The notes under the pieces are model-generated. The model searched no databases. It had not been told where the DNA came from and was given only the letters and a program-made list of their open reading frames with translations. Shown here one piece after another: positions 15,447-16,368 of a stretch of DNA of 16,368 bases. Every line of letters starts with the position of its first letter. Positions within the stretch are counted from its first letter, which is position 1. Both the position numbers and the translations under genes were made by a program. Where the stretch lies: assembly GCA_963712115.1 (NCBI GenBank), contig CAVQGX010000061.1, forward strand, positions 1 through 16,368. Direction: 5' to 3'. This DNA comes from an uncultured delta proteobacterium. GTDB lineage: Bacteria > Desulfobacterota > Syntrophobacteria > BM002.

Positions 15447-15478
15447 AAAAAGGGTGGCCAGAGGGGTCCCCCAACCAC
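15447..15478 (-). terminator. Probable Rho-independent terminator after the lipoprotein gene
   Basis: Minus strand GTGGTTGGGGG-ACC-CCTCTGGCCAC stem (several G-U pairs) followed by CCTTTTT. Confidence 0.55.
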
Positions 15479-15507
15479 TGGTGCAGAAGTGGCACCGATC
15501 TTCCACA

Positions 15508-15759
15508 CTACTCAAACAGCTCTATGCAGAGGCTGTAGCATTTGCCAAGTGCTTTGTTGCACTCAGAGACGCAGGCAATCTGTTCACTTTTGGTTCCTTG
15601 GCAAGCCATTTTACAGTCATAGTCTTTCTGGCGACATTCGATTGCGCAGCGTTGTCCTGAGATAGTTGAGAACTGAGGTGGGGCGGGAAGGGGATGTTCT
15701 GGTCCGTGGGCGCAAGCGGTTGCCACCAGGATAGAGAAAAGCAGCATAAGTCTTTTCAT
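15508..15759 (-). CDS. Small Cys-rich lipoprotein
   Basis: MKRLMLLFSILVATA-C lipobox-like signal; Pro-rich linker; two Cx3Cx6Cx3C motifs; SD GGAG 6 nt before ATG 15759 (alternative ATG 15771). Confidence 0.75.
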   Translation of the reverse strand: MKRLMLLFSILVATACAHGPEHPLPAPPQFSTISGQRCAIECRQKDYDCKMACQGTKSEQIACVSECNKALGKCYSLCIELFE

Positions 15760-15824
15760 AACTGGCTCCATAACATATTAGTTAGTTTTTTCTCAAATGG
15801 CCTTTGCCGGAAACCTGGACGGAT

Positions 15825-16205
15825 TTAGTTGTCATCCAGGTTAAGCAATATATGCTCATTTTTTTGGTATTCAGAGTTGTGTTGGTTGACTGCCTTGGCG
15901 ATAAATCTCTGGTTATCTTCAGAGATGTCCAGAAAACGGACCCCCATTCCTCTGGGTGTGATGTGATCATCAGGTCCGTATTTGTTTGACCAGACCACTT
16001 CAGCCTTGACTCCAATATCCTGATCCGGGGCAGTGATGACCATCTCAAAGACCTCGTTTAATCTGAGTGGTCTTCTACACCCTATGAAAACACCAGTGGA
16101 GCTGATATTTAGGGTCACGCCCTCTATTACACCCGTAGACTTCTGAACGATTACCGGCCATTTAATTTTCGCTCTGGGAGCTATTCGTTGCTCGTCTTTA
16201 AGCAT
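15825..16205 (-). CDS. PilZ domain protein (c-di-GMP receptor candidate)
   Basis: EQRIAPR (RxxxR), NISSTG (NxSxxG), AEVVWS, GMGVRF; SD GGAGG. Confidence 0.9.
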   Translation of the reverse strand: MLKDEQRIAPRAKIKWPVIVQKSTGVIEGVTLNISSTGVFIGCRRPLRLNEVFEMVITAPDQDIGVKAEVVWSNKYGPDDHITPRGMGVRFLDISEDNQRFIAKAVNQHNSEYQKNEHILLNLDDN

Positions 16206-16250
16206 TTTCTGCCTCCCCCCTTGAGGTCACCCCTTAGGGTTGAGTAAAAA

Positions 16251-16266
16251 TGCAGGAAATATGCCA
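16251..16266 (-). promoter_or_regulatory. Sigma-54 promoter for PilZ gene 15825-16205
   Basis: Minus strand TGGCATATTTCCTGCA: GG-N10-GC, ~45 nt upstream of the ATG. Confidence 0.6.
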
Positions 16267-16368
16267 CAGGTATTTCAGCGAAAGGATTGAAGGTGCGGGG
16301 AGACGCTGGGTGAAAGAGTAGGCGGAAGTTATGGGGGAATCGAGATTACTGGTGCCTGGGGCGGGAGT

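Noticed and set aside
15281-15665. ORFs 15281-15508 (-), 15339-15665 (+) and 15454-15660 (+)
   Set aside because: They span the predicted terminator or lie antisense to the lipoprotein gene; no motifs or SD.
145-16048. Numerous antisense or alternate-frame ORFs of 60-130 aa inside the called genes
   Set aside because: They overlap well-supported CDSs and have no recognisable domains; expected shadow ORFs.

Overview
A 16.4-kb bacterial chromosomal window of roughly 50% GC. Gene content (OFA-family MFS transporter, stand-alone PilZ and CBS proteins, several sigma-54-type promoters) suggests an anaerobic Desulfobacterota/deltaproteobacterium; this is inference. About 18 credible CDSs: DUF1178, HNH nuclease, amidohydrolase, a hypothetical, an OFA/MCT-like transporter, a catalytically dead site-2-protease homolog, a small membrane protein, a pseudo-receiver-PAS-Ser/Thr kinase, a membrane-anchored TPR protein, a minus-strand run (MoxR-like AAA+ ATPase, FwdC/GXGXG beta-helix protein, VWA protein, metallophosphoesterase, GNAT), a CBS protein, two PilZ paralogs and an 8-Cys lipoprotein. 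No rRNA, tRNA, CRISPR array or transposase was seen. The most unusual signals are: (i) a MoxR-GXGXG-VWA three-gene system with a Cys cluster and a degenerate HExxH; (ii) a ~330-bp mosaic of about nine different ~4-copy 7-9-nt tandem repeats, with related blocks at many gene ends and a 23/24-bp inverted repeat bracketing the AAA and GXGXG genes; (iii) a Rex-like 18-bp palindrome and a structured ~700-nt leader before the transporter; (iv) several apparent pseudo-enzymes. All family calls come from reading motifs by eye, not from database searches.
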